The position numbers and the translations under genes are program-made. Source: the human T2T-CHM13v2.0 reference genome, Homo sapiens. Taken from it: a stretch of 64,000 bases of DNA. The notes beneath the pieces were generated by a model. The model was not told where the DNA came from. It searched no databases and saw nothing but the letters and a program-made list of their open reading frames with translations. Location of the stretch: assembly GCF_009914755.1 (NCBI RefSeq), contig NC_060935.1, one strand, 5' to 3'. Each line of letters begins with the position of its first letter. Position 1 is the stretch's first letter. Positions 18,885 to 35,775 of the stretch are shown one piece after another.

Positions 18885-18908
18885 AAAACTGAGAAAAGTC
18901 CATCTACA

Positions 18909-19177
18909 GCCAGGCGCAATAGCTCACACCTGTAATCCTAGCACTTTGGGAAGCTGAGGAGGGCAGATCACTTGAGGCCAGGAGTTGGAGACCAGCCTGG
19001 CCAACATGGTGAAACCCCATCTCTACTAAAAATACAAAAATTAGCCCGGCCTGGTGGTGGGGGCCTGTGATCCCAGCTACTTGAACCTGGGAGGCAGAAG
19101 TTGCAGTGAGTCAAGACAGCCACTGCACTCCAGCCTGGGTGACAGAGAGAGACTCCAACTCAAAAAATAAAAAAGAA
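18909..19177 (+). mobile_element. AluS with short right-arm deletion
   Basis: Dimer; TSD agaaaagtcca (18892-18902, 19178-19188). Confidence 0.88.
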
Positions 19178-19819
19178 AGAAAAGTCCAACCTCTCGATTT
19201 TTCCCCTTTCCCCTCTCAACTAAGAAATGATTGTCGTTATTTGAATTTTACAATGGAACAACTAAATCCAAATCACAGAAGCATAGTCAGATGAAGAAAC
19301 TTGACGCCCAAAGAATTTCTGTGACTCTCTGAAGTCTCAAAACCACTGATTCAACAACACTAGTTTGTATACAAATTATAATTCACATTTGTACTATATT
19401 ACATAAAACTGGGCCTTAAACATATAAGTAATTTTTAAATTACTGAATATAATAACTAATTAGTTAATTGATACACACAAGCACATTGAGGGAATACTTG
19501 GATTTTTAGACTGTTGTCTTGAAAGAGGATAAGTCTCCTTTCTTGGAGGTAAGCATCCCAAATTTGCAGAAAATTATTTGCAAGTTTTCACTCAATAAAC
19601 ATGTATACCATATGTGAATTAACTCTGTGTAGCAGCATAACATAGTGATTAACAGCATAAACACTTAGAGCCAGACTAGGCCATCAGCTCCACTACTTCT
19701 ACTCTGCCTCAGTTTCCTGATCTGTAAAACAGGATAATAATAGTATGTAACAAATGTAAAGCATATGTAAGGAACACACTGGGCACAAAATAAGCATTAC
19801 CAACATGTTTGTCAAGTTG

Positions 19820-20063
19820 GTGGTTCTAAAAACGTGGTCTTCATTCAGAAAGGCTGTAGGCTTTAAAAAAAAAAAAAGGACAATAAAATGTGGTCCTCAG
19901 ACCAGCAGCAGCAACATCTGAGAATTTGTTAGAAATGTAAAATTTGGAACTCATCAGAGACCTACTAAATCAGAAACTCTGGGGTAGGGCTCAGCAATCT
20001 AGGCTTAAACAAAACATCTTTCAGGTGATTCCAATGCCCATTAACGTTTGGGAACCATTGCTG
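19820..20063. mobile_element. MER5A-like hAT MITE
   Basis: gtggtcctcagaccagcagc...ttgttagaaatg...tttgggaaccattg. Confidence 0.65.
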
Positions 20064-20199
20064 CAAATTAATAAGATTTTATCTCTTCCTCTCTAGACTT
20101 TAGTGCATGTGTGTGTATATATATTCATTAGTATACTTGGTGTTTTGCACATCTCATCTTTTGTCATAAAACTACTCAAACGTAGTTTCAACACTGAAG

Positions 20200-21930
<1,731 letters not shown>

Positions 21931-22814
21931 AGCCTAAAGGCACATGCCAAGATATTATTATTGATGGAAAATACATGTGATATAACAATTTATGCAATAA
22001 CAATAATCTATATTTAAAACTCTAAATTATATTATCCTGGAAGTCAGGGAGGGAAGAACAGGGCAAAAGTAAAGGTTCTAAATTATTCACAAATATGGGG
22101 ACTGATGAGACACTCAGATATTGCTTTACTGTTGATTAGAGCAAAAACTAAAATATAACCATTGAAAACAAAGTATTAAGACCAAAATGTAATATCCTCA
22201 AAATCACTAGAATAAAGAGACTAGAAGGAATTATGCTTAGATATTAACCGTGATAACCTCAGAACTATGGCATTACTAAGTGATTTTATTTCCTTTTTGT
22301 GTTTTTATTTTCCATGTCTTTTCCAACGAATGATTTTATTTTTGTGTGAGTCTGCTTATATTTGTGACCCTGACTTTTTTAAAATCCAATTTTACTTACT
22401 TGTGTATTAACTTACAGTTAAATTTTTAGTTAATATATTCAGATAATTCAAAGTTCAAAAGACAGAAAAAGCATGGTGAAAAACCTCCTTGCTACCAGTA
22501 CACCTAACCCCCATCTACCACTACTCCAACCATGGAGTCTACAACTGTGATGGGTTTCTTGGATATTTTTGGGGAAATATGTCATGAATATACATTGATT
22601 ATTTTCCATCTTTTTAATACAGACACAATTTAATATATGTACTTCACTTTATATGCTATATTCACCTTGCTTTTTTTTTTTTTTTTTTTTTTGGAGACTG
22701 CCCCATATCAGTACCTACAGAGCTTCATCTTTCTTTTCAATGGCTACATAGTATTCCACTGTATGGATGTAACATAATTTATTTAGCCAGCCTCATACTG
22801 AAATATCACTTTCT

Positions 22815-23115
22815 TCTTTTTTTTTTTGAGATGGAATCTCGCTGTGCTGACCAGGCTGGAATGCAATGGTGTGATCTCAGCTCACAGAACACTTGACCTC
22901 CCAGGATCAAGCAATTTTTGTACCTCAGCCTCCTGAGTAGCTGGGATTACAGGCACGCGCCACAACACCCAGCAAATTTTTTTTTTTTTGTATTTTTAGT
23001 AGAGATGGGGTTTCACCATCTTGGCCAGGCTGGTCTCGAATTCCTTACCTCAAAGAATCTGCCCACCTCGGCCTCCCAAAATGCTACGATTACAGGCCTG
23101 AGACACCACATCCAG
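22815..23115 (-). mobile_element. AluS
   Basis: Reverse-complement dimer. Confidence 0.88.
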
Positions 23116-23362
23116 AGACATATTACTTTTATAACCGACAAGAACAACACAGGAATGTTAGGGGAAATTTTATTCAAATTCTCTTTTTTAATTTTTTTCA
23201 ACTTCATATGCTCTGGATCAGTGTTTATTATTTGAATTTTCTTTTTTAAAAAGGATTATTACCCACTAATTTAAACTCATAGGTTCTTTTTGACAATACC
23301 AATTGGAATATTGCTGCTTTATGTATACATAGACTTTGTGGCCAGAACAGAAGATATACATC

Positions 23363-26300
23363 TGGGTGGAGCCCACCTCAGCACCGCAAAGCCACTGTAG
23401 CCAGACTGCCTCTCTTGATTCCTCCACTCTGGGCAGGGCATTTCTAAAAGAAAGGCAGCAGCCCCAGTGAGGGGCTTATAGATAAAATTCCCATCTCCCT
23501 GGGACAGAACACCTGGGGGAAGGGGCACCTGTGGGCGCAGCTGCAGCAGACTTAAACGTTCCTGCCTGCTGGTTCTGAGAGACCCCCAGCATAGCACTCG
23601 AGCTCTGCTAAGGGACAGACTGCCTCCTCAAGTGGGTCCCTGACCCCAGTGCCTCTTGACTGGGAGACAGCTCCCAGAAGGGCTCAACAGACACCCCACA
23701 CAGGAGAGCTCTGACTGGCATCTGGCAGGTGCCCCTCTGGGATGAAGCTTCCAGAGGAAGGATCAGGCAAAAGTCTTTGCTGTTCTGCATTCTCTGCCAG
23801 TGATAGCCAGGCAAACAGGGTCTGGAGTGGACCTCCAGCAAATACCAGCAGACCTGCAGCAGAGGGGTCTGACTGTTAGAAGGAAAACTAACAAACAGAA
23901 AGGAATAGCATCAACATCAACGGAAACGACGTCCACACAGAAACCCAATCCGAAGGTCACCAACATCAAAGACAAAAGGCAGATAAATCCACAAAGATGA
24001 GGAAAAACCAGTACAAAAATGCTGAAAATTCCAAAAACCAGAACACCTCTTCTCCTCCAAAGGATCACAACTCCTGATCAGCATGGGAACAAACCTGGAT
24101 GGAGAATGAGTTTGATGAACTGACAGAAGTAGGTTTCAGAAGGTCGGTAATAATAAACTCCTCCGAGCTAAAGGAGGATGTTCTAACCCAATGTGAGGAA
24201 GCTAAGAACCCTGAAAAAAGGTTAGAGGAATTGCTAACTAGAATAACCAGTTTAGAGATGAACATAAATGAATGGATGGAGCTGAAAAACAGCACGAAAA
24301 CTTCATGAAGCATACACAAGTATCAATGCCCAAACTGACGAAGCAGAAGAAAGGATATCAGACACTGAAGATCAACTTAATGAAATAAAGCATGAAGACA
24401 AGATTAGAGAAATAAGAATGAAAAGAAATGAACAAAGCCTCCAAGAAATATGGGACTATGTGAAAATACCAAACCTACATTTGATGGGTGTACCTGAAAG
24501 TGATGGGGAGAATGGAACCAAGTTGGAAAACACTTCAGGATATTATCCAGGAGAACTTCCCCAACCTAGCAAGGCAGGCCAACGTTCAAATTCGGGAAAT
24601 ACAGAGAACACCACAAAGATACTCCTCGAGAAGAGCAACCCCAAGAAACATAATTTTCAGATTCACCAAGGTTGAAATGAAGGAAAAAATGTTAAGGGCA
24701 GCCAGAGAGAAAGGCTGGGTTACCCACAAAGGGAAGCCCATAAGACTAACAGCAGATCTCTCTGCAGAAACCCTACAAGCCAGAAGAGAGTGGGGGCCAA
24801 TATTCAACAATCTTAAGGAAAAGAATTTTCCACCTAGAATTTCATATCCAGCCAAACTAAGCTTCACAAGTGAAGGAGAAATAAAATCCTTTACAGAGAA
24901 GCAAATGCTGAGAGATTTTGTCACCACCAGGCCTGCCTTACAAGAGATCCTGAAGGAAGCACTAAACATGGAAAGGAACAACCGGTACCAGCCACTGCAA
25001 AAACATACCAAATTGTAAAGACCATCGACACTATGAAGAAACTGCATCAACTAATGGGCAAAATAAACAGCTAACATCATAATGACAGGATCAAATTCAC
25101 ACATAATATTAACCTTAAATGTAAATGAGCTAAATGCCCCAGTTAAAAGACACAGACTGGCAAATTGGATAAAGAGTCAATACCCACCTGTATTCAGGAG
25201 ACCCATCTCACGTGCAAAGACACACATAGGCTCAAAATAAAGGGATAGAGGAATATTTACCAAGCAAATGGAAAGCAGAAAAAAAGCAGGGGTTGCAATC
25301 CGAGTCTCTGATAAAACAGATCTTAAACCAACAAAGATCAAAAAAGACAAAGAAGGGCATTACATAATGGTAAAGGAATCAATGCAACAAGAAGAGCTAA
25401 CTATCCTAAATATATATATATATATATATCCTAAATATATATGCACCCAATACAGGAGCACCCAGATTCATAAAGCAAGTTCTTAGAGACCTACAAAGGG
25501 ACTTAGACTCCCACACAATAATAGTGGGAGACTTTAACACCCCACTGTCAATATTAGAAAGATCAACAAGACAGAAAATTAACAAGGATATTCAGGACTT
25601 GAACTCAGCTCTGGATCAAGCCGACCTAATGGACATCTACAGAACTCTCCACCCCAAATCAACAGAACATACATTCTTCTCAGTACCACATTGCACTTAT
25701 CCTAAAATTGGCCACACAACTGGAAGTAAAACACTCCTCAGCAAAAGCAAAAGAACGGAAGTAAAAACCAACAGTCTTTCAGACCCAGTGCAGTCAAATT
25801 AGAACTCAGGATTAAGAAACTCACTCAAAACCGCACAACTACATGGAAACTGAACAACCTGCTCCTGAATGACTACTGGGTAAATAACGAAATTAAGGGA
25901 AAAATAAATAAGTTCTTTGAAACCAATGAGAACAAAGACACAATGTACCAGAATCTCTGGGACATAGCTAAAGCAGTGTTTAGAGGGAAATTTATAGCAC
26001 TAATTGCCCACAAGAGAAAGCAGGAAAGATCTAAAATCAACACCCTAATATCACAATTAAAAGAACTAGAGAAGCAAAAGCAAGCAAACTCAAAAGCTAG
26101 CAGAAGACAAGAAATAACTAAGATGAGAGAAGAACTGAAGGAGACAGAGACATGAAAAACCCTTCAAAAAAATTCAATAAATCCAGGAGCTGATTTTTTG
26201 AAAAGATCAACAAAACAGATAGACCACTAGCCAGACTAATAAAGAAGAAAAGAGAGAAGAATCGAATAGACACAATAAAAAATGATAAAGGGGATATCAC

Positions 26301-29122
26301 CACTGATCCCACAGAAATACAAACTACCACCAGAGAATACTACAAACACCTCTACATAAATAAACTAGAAAATCTAGAAGAAATGGATAAATTCCTGGAC
26401 AGCTACATCCTCCCAAGACTAAACCAGGAAGAAGCCGAATCCCTGAATAGATCAATAACAAGTTCTGAAATTGAGGCAGTAATTAATAGCCTACCAACAA
26501 AAAGAAGCCCAGGACCAGACAGATTCACAGCCGAATTCTACCAGAGATACAAAGGGGAGCTGGTACCATTCCTTCCGAAACTATTCCAAATAGAAAAAGA
26601 GCGACTCCTCCCTAACTCACTTTATGGGTTCAGCATTATCCTGATACCAAAACCTGGCAGAGACACAACAAAAAAAAGAAATTTTCAGGCCAATATCCCT
26701 GATGAACATCTATGTGAAAATCCTCAATAAAATACTAGCAAACCAAATCCAGCAGCACATGAAAAAGCTTATTCACCACGATCAAGTCAGCTTCATCCTG
26801 GGATGCAAGGCTGGTTCAACATACGCAAATCAATAAATGTAATCCATCGCATACACAGAACCAATGACAAAACCCATGTGATTATCTCAATAGATGCAGA
26901 AAAGGCCTTCGATAAAATTCAACACCCTTTCATACTAAAAACTCTCAATAAATTAGATATTGATGGAATGTATCTCAAAATAATAAGAGCTATTTATGAC
27001 AAACCCACAGCCAGTATCATACTGAATGGGCAAAAACCGGAAGCATTTCCTTTGAAATGCACAAGACAAGGATACCCTCTCTCACCACTCCTATTCAACA
27101 TAGTATTGGAAGTTCTGGCCAGGGCAATCAGGCAAGAGAAAGAAATAAAGGGTATTCAATTAGGAAATGAGGAAGTCAGATTGTCTCTGTTTGCAGACAA
27201 CATGATTGCATATTTTGAAAACACCAACATCTCAGCCCAAAATCTCCTTAAGCTGATAAGCAACTTCAGCAAAGTCTCAGAACACAAACTCAATGTACAA
27301 AAATCACAAGCATTCCTATACACCAATAATAGACAGAGAGCCAAATCATGAGTGAACTCCCATCCACAATTGCTACAAAGAGAATAAAATACCCAGGAAT
27401 ACAACTTAGAATTGATGTGAAGGACCTCTTCAAGGAGAACTACAAACCACTGCTCAAGGAAATAAGAGAGGACACAAATAAATGGAAAAACATTCCATGC
27501 TTATGAATAGGCAGAATCAATATTGTGAAAATGGCCACACTGCCCAAGTTAATTTATAGATTCAATGCTATCCCCATCAAGCTACCATTGACTTTCTTCA
27601 CAAATTAGAAAAAACTACTTCGTTTCATATGGAAACAAAAAAGAGCCCATATACCCCAGACAATCCTAAGCAAAAAGAACAAAGCTGGAGGCATCACAAT
27701 ACCTCACTTCAAACTAAGCTACAAGGCTACAGTAACCAAAACAGCATGGTACTGGTACCAAAACAGACATATAGACCAACAGAACAGAACAGAGGCTTCT
27801 GAAATAATATCACACATCTACAACTATCTGATCTTTGACGAACCTGACACAAACAAGCAACGGGGAAAGGATTCCTTATTTACTAAATGGCTTTGGGAAA
27901 ACTGGCTAGCCACATGCAGAAAACTGAAACTGGACCCCTTCCTTACACTTTATACAAAAATTAACTCAAGGTGGATTAAAGACTTACATGTAAGACCTAA
28001 AACCATAAAAACCCTAGATGAAAACCTAGGCAATACCATACAGAACATAAGCACAGGCAAAGACTTAATGACTAAAACACCAAAAACAATGGCAACAAAA
28101 GCCAAAACTGACAAATAGGATCTAATTAAACTAAAGAGCTTCTGCACAGCAAAAGAAACTATCATTGCAGTGAACAGGCAACCTACAGAATGGGAGAAAA
28201 ATTTTTGCAATCTATCCATCTGACAAAGTGCTAATATCCAGAATCTGCACAGAACTTAAAACAAATTTACAAGAAAAAAACAACCCCATCAAAAAGTGGG
28301 TGAAGGATATGAACAGACACTTCTCAAAAGAAGACACTTATGCAGCCAACAAACATGAGAAAAAGCTCACCATCACTAGTCATTAGAGAAATGCAAATCA
28401 AAACTACAATCATCTCACACCAGTTAGAAGGGCAATCATTAAAAAGTCAAGAAACAACAGATGCTGGATAGAATGTGGAGAAATAGGAACGCTTTTACAC
28501 TGTTGGTGAGAATGTGAATTAGTTCAACCATTGTGGAAGACAGTGTGACAATTCCTCAAGGATCTAGAACAAGAAATGCCATTTGGCCCAGAAATCCCAT
28601 TACTGGGTATACACCCAAAGGATTATAAATCATTGTACTTTAAAGACAGATGCACATGTATGTTTATTGGAGCACTGTTCACAATAGCAAAGACTTGGAA
28701 CCAACCCAAATACCCATCAATGATAGACTGGATAAAGAAAATGTGGCACATATACACCATGGAATACTATGCAGTCATAAAAAAGGATGAGTTCAGGTCC
28801 TTTGCAGGGACATGGATAAAGCTGGAAACCATGAGTCTCAGCAAACCATCACAAGAATAGAAAAACCAAACACGACATGTTCCCACTCATAAGCGGCAGT
28901 TGAACAATGAGAACACATGGACACAGGGAGGGGAATATCACATACCGGGGCCTGTTGGGGGTGGGGGGCTAGGGGAGGGATAGCATTATGAGAAATACCT
29001 AATGCAGATGATGGGTTGATGGGTGCAGCAAACCATCATGGCACGTATATACCTATGTAACAAACCTTCATGTTCTGCACATGTATCCCAGAACTTAAAG
29101 TATAAAAAAAAAAAAAAAAAAA
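23363..29122 (+). mobile_element. Near full-length inactive L1PA (older primate subfamily), truncated within the 5'UTR
   Basis: ORF1 relic 23997-25018, ORF2 relic from ATG 25082 with endonuclease (GDFNTPL) and RT ([16 protein letters not shown]) fragments broken by stops/frameshifts, 3'UTR and poly(A); TSD agaagatatacatc at 23349-23362 and 29424-29437. Confidence 0.95.
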
Positions 29123-29123
29123 G

Positions 29124-29435
<312 letters not shown>

Positions 29436-31717
29436 TCAACAACAATTTTATTGAAGCAATTTTAAGCAATACATTTTTCATTTCCCTTTTCATTCCTTTT
29501 TCATTTAAGTTCCTAGGTATGTGTAAAATAATCAAGTTAATATTTATAGTGCCACATTTTAAATCACAGTAGCACTCTGACAAATCTGCCTGCCCAATGG
29601 ACAGAATGGGAGTTACCCAATCATCAACCATCATCAACCACAAATATGTATTTATTTATACCTTGTTTTCAAGATTCTGTGTTAGACCCTAGAGTTGCAT
29701 TTATATTATGCCTTTAAAATCAGCTTCTAAATGGGCTTCATCTCATAGTCCACCACAGTGGAATAATGCATTTTTCACATTTTTTCCCTTTGCTTCAATG
29801 ACACTAACCTCTCCTTCTTCTAGTTCTATGTCTACCTTCTAACCTCAGGCTCTTCTTCCTCATTCTATCCTTAAATCTTCTCCTTCTTGTTCTTTTCCAA
29901 GTATCTCTCTTCTAGGCACTCACTAGGTAAGCTTAGTTACTCTCCTTGTTGACCCACCACCTCTAGATGGGTGATTTCTAAGTTTATTGCTCTCTCCTAA
30001 CTTTGAAGCCCATATTTTTAACAGTTCCACTTGGTGTCCTACTAATACTTTAACATGTCTAAAATCAAAGTCATCCTACCACATAAACTTGCTCCTCTCT
30101 AACCTCACCGATTCATATATTAAAACAACAAATATCTATTGAGTGATAGTTTATATGTCATGGTGCTAAGCTTAGATCCTACCCAAAAGCAGCTGAGAGT
30201 CTAGAACAGTCAACAAGACTAGTATCTTTGTTCAATACCTTTATTATAGCACTTATTTTTGTTGTGGTGGGCTAATCAAGATAAGTTAAAGATAATAGTA
30301 GAAAATAAGACTGGAATGGATTATTGAGATCAGAATATCGACCTTATTCTGACCTCAAGAACTGAATTCTTATTTTAATTATAGGCTTAATTCTATCAAC
30401 TTAATTCTGTATAAAATGGGGAGCTCCAAGAAGTTTTTGAGCAGTAGAATCTCTACATTCCATTTTCAGAGGCTGAATCTGCCTAGAATGCATAAAATGA
30501 ATTTAAATGGAGAAGTATTAGAAAACAGGTCACACAGATCTATGGAAGAGATTATCTTAATCTGAACCCATATAGTGAGAGAGTTAAACTCAAGGCTTTT
30601 CACAGCCCGGCTTTGATCAGCCTATAGAATTTTGTCTCAGAATACAATACTTTTAGGCTTATCAGGTTTCAGCACACTGGACACTAACCATCACTGAATA
30701 TATGCCCCATCCTGCCCAAACTGTTTTTTCAAGGCCTAGCTCAAAAACTTTTGGGAAATAATTTTCCAATTTCCCTCAGCCAAAATGAACTGTTCTACAG
30801 CATTTTATTTGTAATTTACTGATGCCATTTAATCATTCTCCTGCCAAGCTGTAAACTCTTTGCAGTAAAGGATTATGCATTATTCACTCTGGTTTTCCTC
30901 AAACTTGGCACACTTCCTGACATATATGAAGCATCTTATTTAATGTTGGGTTATATTGGCACAGTGGAAAGTGCACTGGCTTTTGGAATTAGACTTAAGG
31001 ACTGAATCATTCACTAGCTACATTATTTTAAGCAAGTATTTAACTTTTCTTAAGTTTAATTACCTATAAAATTCCCTACTTCTTGCAAATTATTGTGAAA
31101 CTTTGAGGTCAATTGTAAAAATCACCTATAAAAAGCACCTAGCAAAGTATATGGTACATGGTGGGTATTTAATAAATGGTAACTGTAATTAAGGCCCTAG
31201 GAATTTTTTTTTTTAGTCTCAAGTGAAACAGCAGATTTTTTGTACACAGCATAATCTTCAAAGCCTTTATTTCCTCTTCAGTTTTAACTATGGTCAATCA
31301 TGACTATCCCTGGTTGAGAGCACGTACTCGACAAACATCTGTGACTGCCCACTACATGCTAAATGTTGGGAAAATTTAAAAAAATGTAAAGTTCTCAGTG
31401 ACAGGGCCTCCTCTCCTTGTCTTTACTACCCAAGAAAGAAGAACATTGCTGAGTTTCTAGGCCTCATATAAGATACCACTCTGGTACTATATAATTTCAT
31501 CCTTCCTATATTAATTCAGAAACATTTATTAACTACCGTGTGGCAGGCATTGCGCCAGAAACAAAAATGCAGATGCAACAGTCCCAATTCTGAAGGAGGT
31601 ATTTCATTGTTTCACTCATGATAGTGTATCTTTGTTTTTACAATACAAGAAAGAGGAGCATTACTGAGTTTCTGTGGCATATATGCATTCTATTACACTG
31701 TATAATTTCATCCTTAC

Positions 31718-31851
31718 CTATAGCCTTCTGTATATGAAACTGAGTAAAATCTGATAAAATGTCCCAGTCTTTAGTATTTCCTATGTTACTTTTTCGTTTG
31801 TGATCTTGTTTCACAGTAACTTGAAGATTTACCATCCAGGTGCCAACAATT
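31718..31851 (-). other. SOX6: Second exon (134 nt) of divergent transcript (probable SOX6 5'UTR exon)
   Basis: Minus-strand acceptor tcttttatttcttcaccag|A and donor TAG|gtaagg. Confidence 0.65.
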
Positions 31852-32549
31852 CTGGTGAAGAAATAAAAGACATGTTGCTAGCTCATTAAAGTTTTCTGGA
31901 CTTTCACCAACTAGTAAAATTAAAATTATATAGTAACTACTATTCTTATTGACAATCCTTTCTTATTTCAGAAATCTTTTAGCAGTCTAAAGTACCTATT
32001 CAGCCATCTTATTTGTTTTGGTAATATAGCTAATAGTTCTAAATCACCATTTGTCAAACCCATTAGAGGTGAACTGTAGTCGAAACTGCAAAACTCTGTA
32101 ACTTAAATGTAATTTCATTGTAACTAATAGAACCTAAGTAGAATTATGTAGTAGTGAAAATATTTTAATTCTAGCAAAAAGCAATCAACCACTTCCTAAA
32201 ACAATGTTTCTTTTTTTTCTCTTGGGTTTACTCTCCTCCTCCTTTATGATTTATTCTTACCACAGAACCATTAAGATGTTCTTTGTTTGGTTATACTTAT
32301 AAAATGTAACCCTGACATCTCTTTTTCTATTATAGTACTTACTATTATGCTATTTTTCTGCTTCCAAAATAAGGGAGAATTTGAATCTATGACTGCATAA
32401 ATTTAAAAACTACCTTCCACTGGTCACAGTTCAGTGAGGATCTGAAATCTAGGTAAGTAATATTTGTACACAGGCAGTGAAACTAGAGCAATTGCTGAGT
32501 TCAAAAGCTAATAGCTAAGCATTGTTTCACAGACTGCTCTCAGTTCTGA

Positions 32550-32885
<336 letters not shown>

Positions 32886-33803
32886 AATTTTTGCTTAAAA
32901 AAAAAAAAAATCACATTTGTATTCAAGGTGAGAAAGCTTCAGAATTATTAAGGACAAGGATTCTGACAGAAAGTTAAGTTCAGACCTGGTTACAAATTCA
33001 GACACCTTAATAAAGTAGGAGATAGTCTTCAGTATCTGAACAATAAATAGCTTTAAATGCAGGGCTTTTTGAGTAGAGGAGTGATCACTTGAATCTGGAG
33101 AGAGGGCGAGAAATGGGGAGGGATTGCTAACGGGCATTGGGGTTCCTTTTGGAGTGGTGAAACTTCTTGGAATCAGAGGTGACAGCTGCACACGATTGTG
33201 AATGTACTAAGTGACAGTGGATTGTACACTTTTTAAAAAATGGTTAATTTTATATGTGAATTTAACCTCAATAATTACTTTTTTTAAAAAAGAAAAAAAA
33301 TAGAGGCTTTTGTGGCAGGGATGGACTTTGCTTGGTGAAGGCCCCTACTGTAACGGTGCCCAGACATCCACAGCGAGGTCAGTGAGGAGCACTCCCACCT
33401 CACACAAAGCCATATGAAAACTTAACAGATTTCCCTCAGCTAAATCCCCGTTTTCAACAACCGCCAATTAGCCAACATTTAACAACATACTGAACTCATT
33501 TCTGTATGGGAAAACAGCGAAATATTCATGAAAACATTTAGAAAGCAGCATCACCGACCACCTAGAAATCCCCTGCGCGCAATAGAGAACACCAGGGTGG
33601 AAATGGTAGAAGCCATTTTTGGTTAAGGTTTTTGTCCTGGGTGGAGGGTATTCGTGAGGATTCAGTCAGCCTCAAACATTACATTTAAACATAGGTGCCT
33701 AGCTACGATGATACATTTGCCAGTAGGGCAGCGTTGCACGGTGAAAGGCAAAAACCCCTCTAAGCCTCCTCCTGTGGCGACAAAGCTCTCGGCCAACGCT
33801 CAC

Positions 33804-33860
33804 CGCCATACACATCCGCGGGAACGCTTCCTCCACCAGCCGAAGGCGGGGCCTCTGAGG
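33804..33860 (-). other. SOX6: First non-coding exon of divergent transcript (probable distal SOX6 5'UTR exon); 5' end uncertain
   Basis: Strong minus-strand donor GCG|GTGAGC at 33804/33803 just downstream of the minus-facing ZNF143 motif; SOX6 assignment rests on recalled synteny with C11orf58, no SOX6 coding sequence is in the window. Confidence 0.65.
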
Positions 33861-33892
33861 GCACTCCCGCCACACAGCGCGAATTGAGCCTC

Positions 33893-33916
33893 GGGGCTTC
33901 CTGGGAATTGTAGTTT
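33893..33916 (-). promoter_or_regulatory. ZNF143/THAP11(Ronin)-type motif, minus strand
   Basis: Reverse complement reads AAACTACAATTCCCAGGAAGCCCC, matching ACTACAnnTCCCA. Confidence 0.85.
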
Positions 33917-33964
33917 TAGTCACGGACACATCTTTTTTATTCGGGCCAGTATGCAATGAATCAG

Positions 33965-33989
33965 AAAACTACAACTCCCAAAGTGCCCC
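33965..33989 (+). promoter_or_regulatory. ZNF143/THAP11(Ronin)-type motif, plus strand
   Basis: AAAACTACAACTCCCAAAGTGCCCC matches ACTACAnnTCCCA. Confidence 0.85.
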
Positions 33990-34058
33990 GGGGCGGCGAG
34001 GGGCCGCAACGGTGACGACTGTGGCAGAGAAGGCCCGGAGGGGCTCTGCGTTCTGTAG

Positions 34059-34250
<192 letters not shown>

Positions 34251-35775
34251 TGAGGCCTACTAAAGCCTGGAGTAGGCCGGGAAGGGTGGTTGGAGGAGGA
34301 CGCGCCTGAGGTGGCCTGCAGCGGGAGAGCCCAGGGAAGAAACCAGAAGAATGAGTGGGAAATGCCTCCCTTAATCTTTATGAGGGTCAGAAGGTTTGAA
34401 GAGGCCCACACGCTGAGAGCCGGAGACCTGCGTAGGAAGGGGGATTGAGGAAGGAAATTCTGAGAGGGTCGAGGAGTGAAAGAGCTTAGTCAAGGGATTT
34501 CGTACGTGCGTTTTGGGGGGCCGATGAGAGTGCTTTCTCGGGCCTTTGTACTCAGTATAGAGACGGCAAGACTCTCCCTGTTTTGGGTTCTAAATGTTCC
34601 CGTGACAATGTCGAAATGTTCGTGCACGTTTGTACAGATTTTTCCTGCCTGGATGATTTTTACAATGTGCTGTTGAGAGTTAACTTTAGCTGCACTAGTA
34701 AGGGTAAACCGAGAACAGTATTGAGCCGAAAATTGTGCCACGGGTGTAATTTGGTACTGGCTCTGGTGGTGAGGTCTAAGACGTTGAGACCTAGAAGCCC
34801 ATTTTGATGTCGGATATTAATACCTCGTTCTTCTTACCTCGTCTCCCCATCAAATGCCGTTCCCTTCCTCAGCCCTCACCTCATAGGTTTTAATAGCAAA
34901 CGGTTTATCCCTTAAAGTAACCCGTTAAATATTTACTGCACTGCCGGGTGTTGGGAATTCGGAGAGAAATATGATGCTTATTTTAGGCCTTTTTGTATAT
35001 TTGTCCTAGCTCCTAGCCCAGTGTCATGGAAACGGTAGGTAACCAGTAAACGTAAAACTAGGTCCTTCATACAATGGATAAGTGTCTTGGCAACGTTGAT
35101 GGGGAAAATTGTTGGAGAGAGCGCGGAGAGGTCATCTTTAAGGAAGATGAAGGGATATCTAGGTTTTTTTTCGGTTTTGTTTAAAGTACTGTCAATTTCT
35201 GAATACATAGAGCTTTAAATTTTTCGATAGTGCATTTCAACGCTCTTCATAAAATTTTAAAAGCCCACTGAATACTACTTTGTAGCAAATGAGATAATGT
35301 TAAGACCTACCCCTCTGATGGGAGGTGGGGCGAGGACCGGAATATTAAGGATCTTTAAAGGAATCGACTTCAGCTCTGCAGAAAGATTAGCAATCAGTAA
35401 AGATTTGGGGATGAATGGGCACCTAGAGAAGTTTATTCTTGCTCTCTGTTATTTCTGCTACTGGATTTTAGATCTTGTTAATATGGTAATTCAGGTTTTG
35501 TCAGGAATTGATCCACACTTTTGAGTAACCTGGCTGCCACTTAAAAAGCTGTTACATTGTTTTCCTCCTGATCTTTAAATGTGACTTGATTGCTAGGATA
35601 TCAGACACCTGTTTGGAAATATCTTTTAGCGTGACAGAAAACTCCAGGTGATATGAAATTTAACAAAGTTAAAGGGATTAAGTCATTAAGTTTACAGCTT
35701 CGGAAGAGGTCGGTTTAAACTAGACGACCTTGAAGACCTTTCCCAATCATATAAGCGTATCTTTAAGTACCTGGG

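Noticed and set aside
23997-28860. L1 ORF1/ORF2 fragments as functional CDS
   Set aside because: Multiple stops and frameshifts; RT motif reads FADNM instead of FADDM; element is inactive
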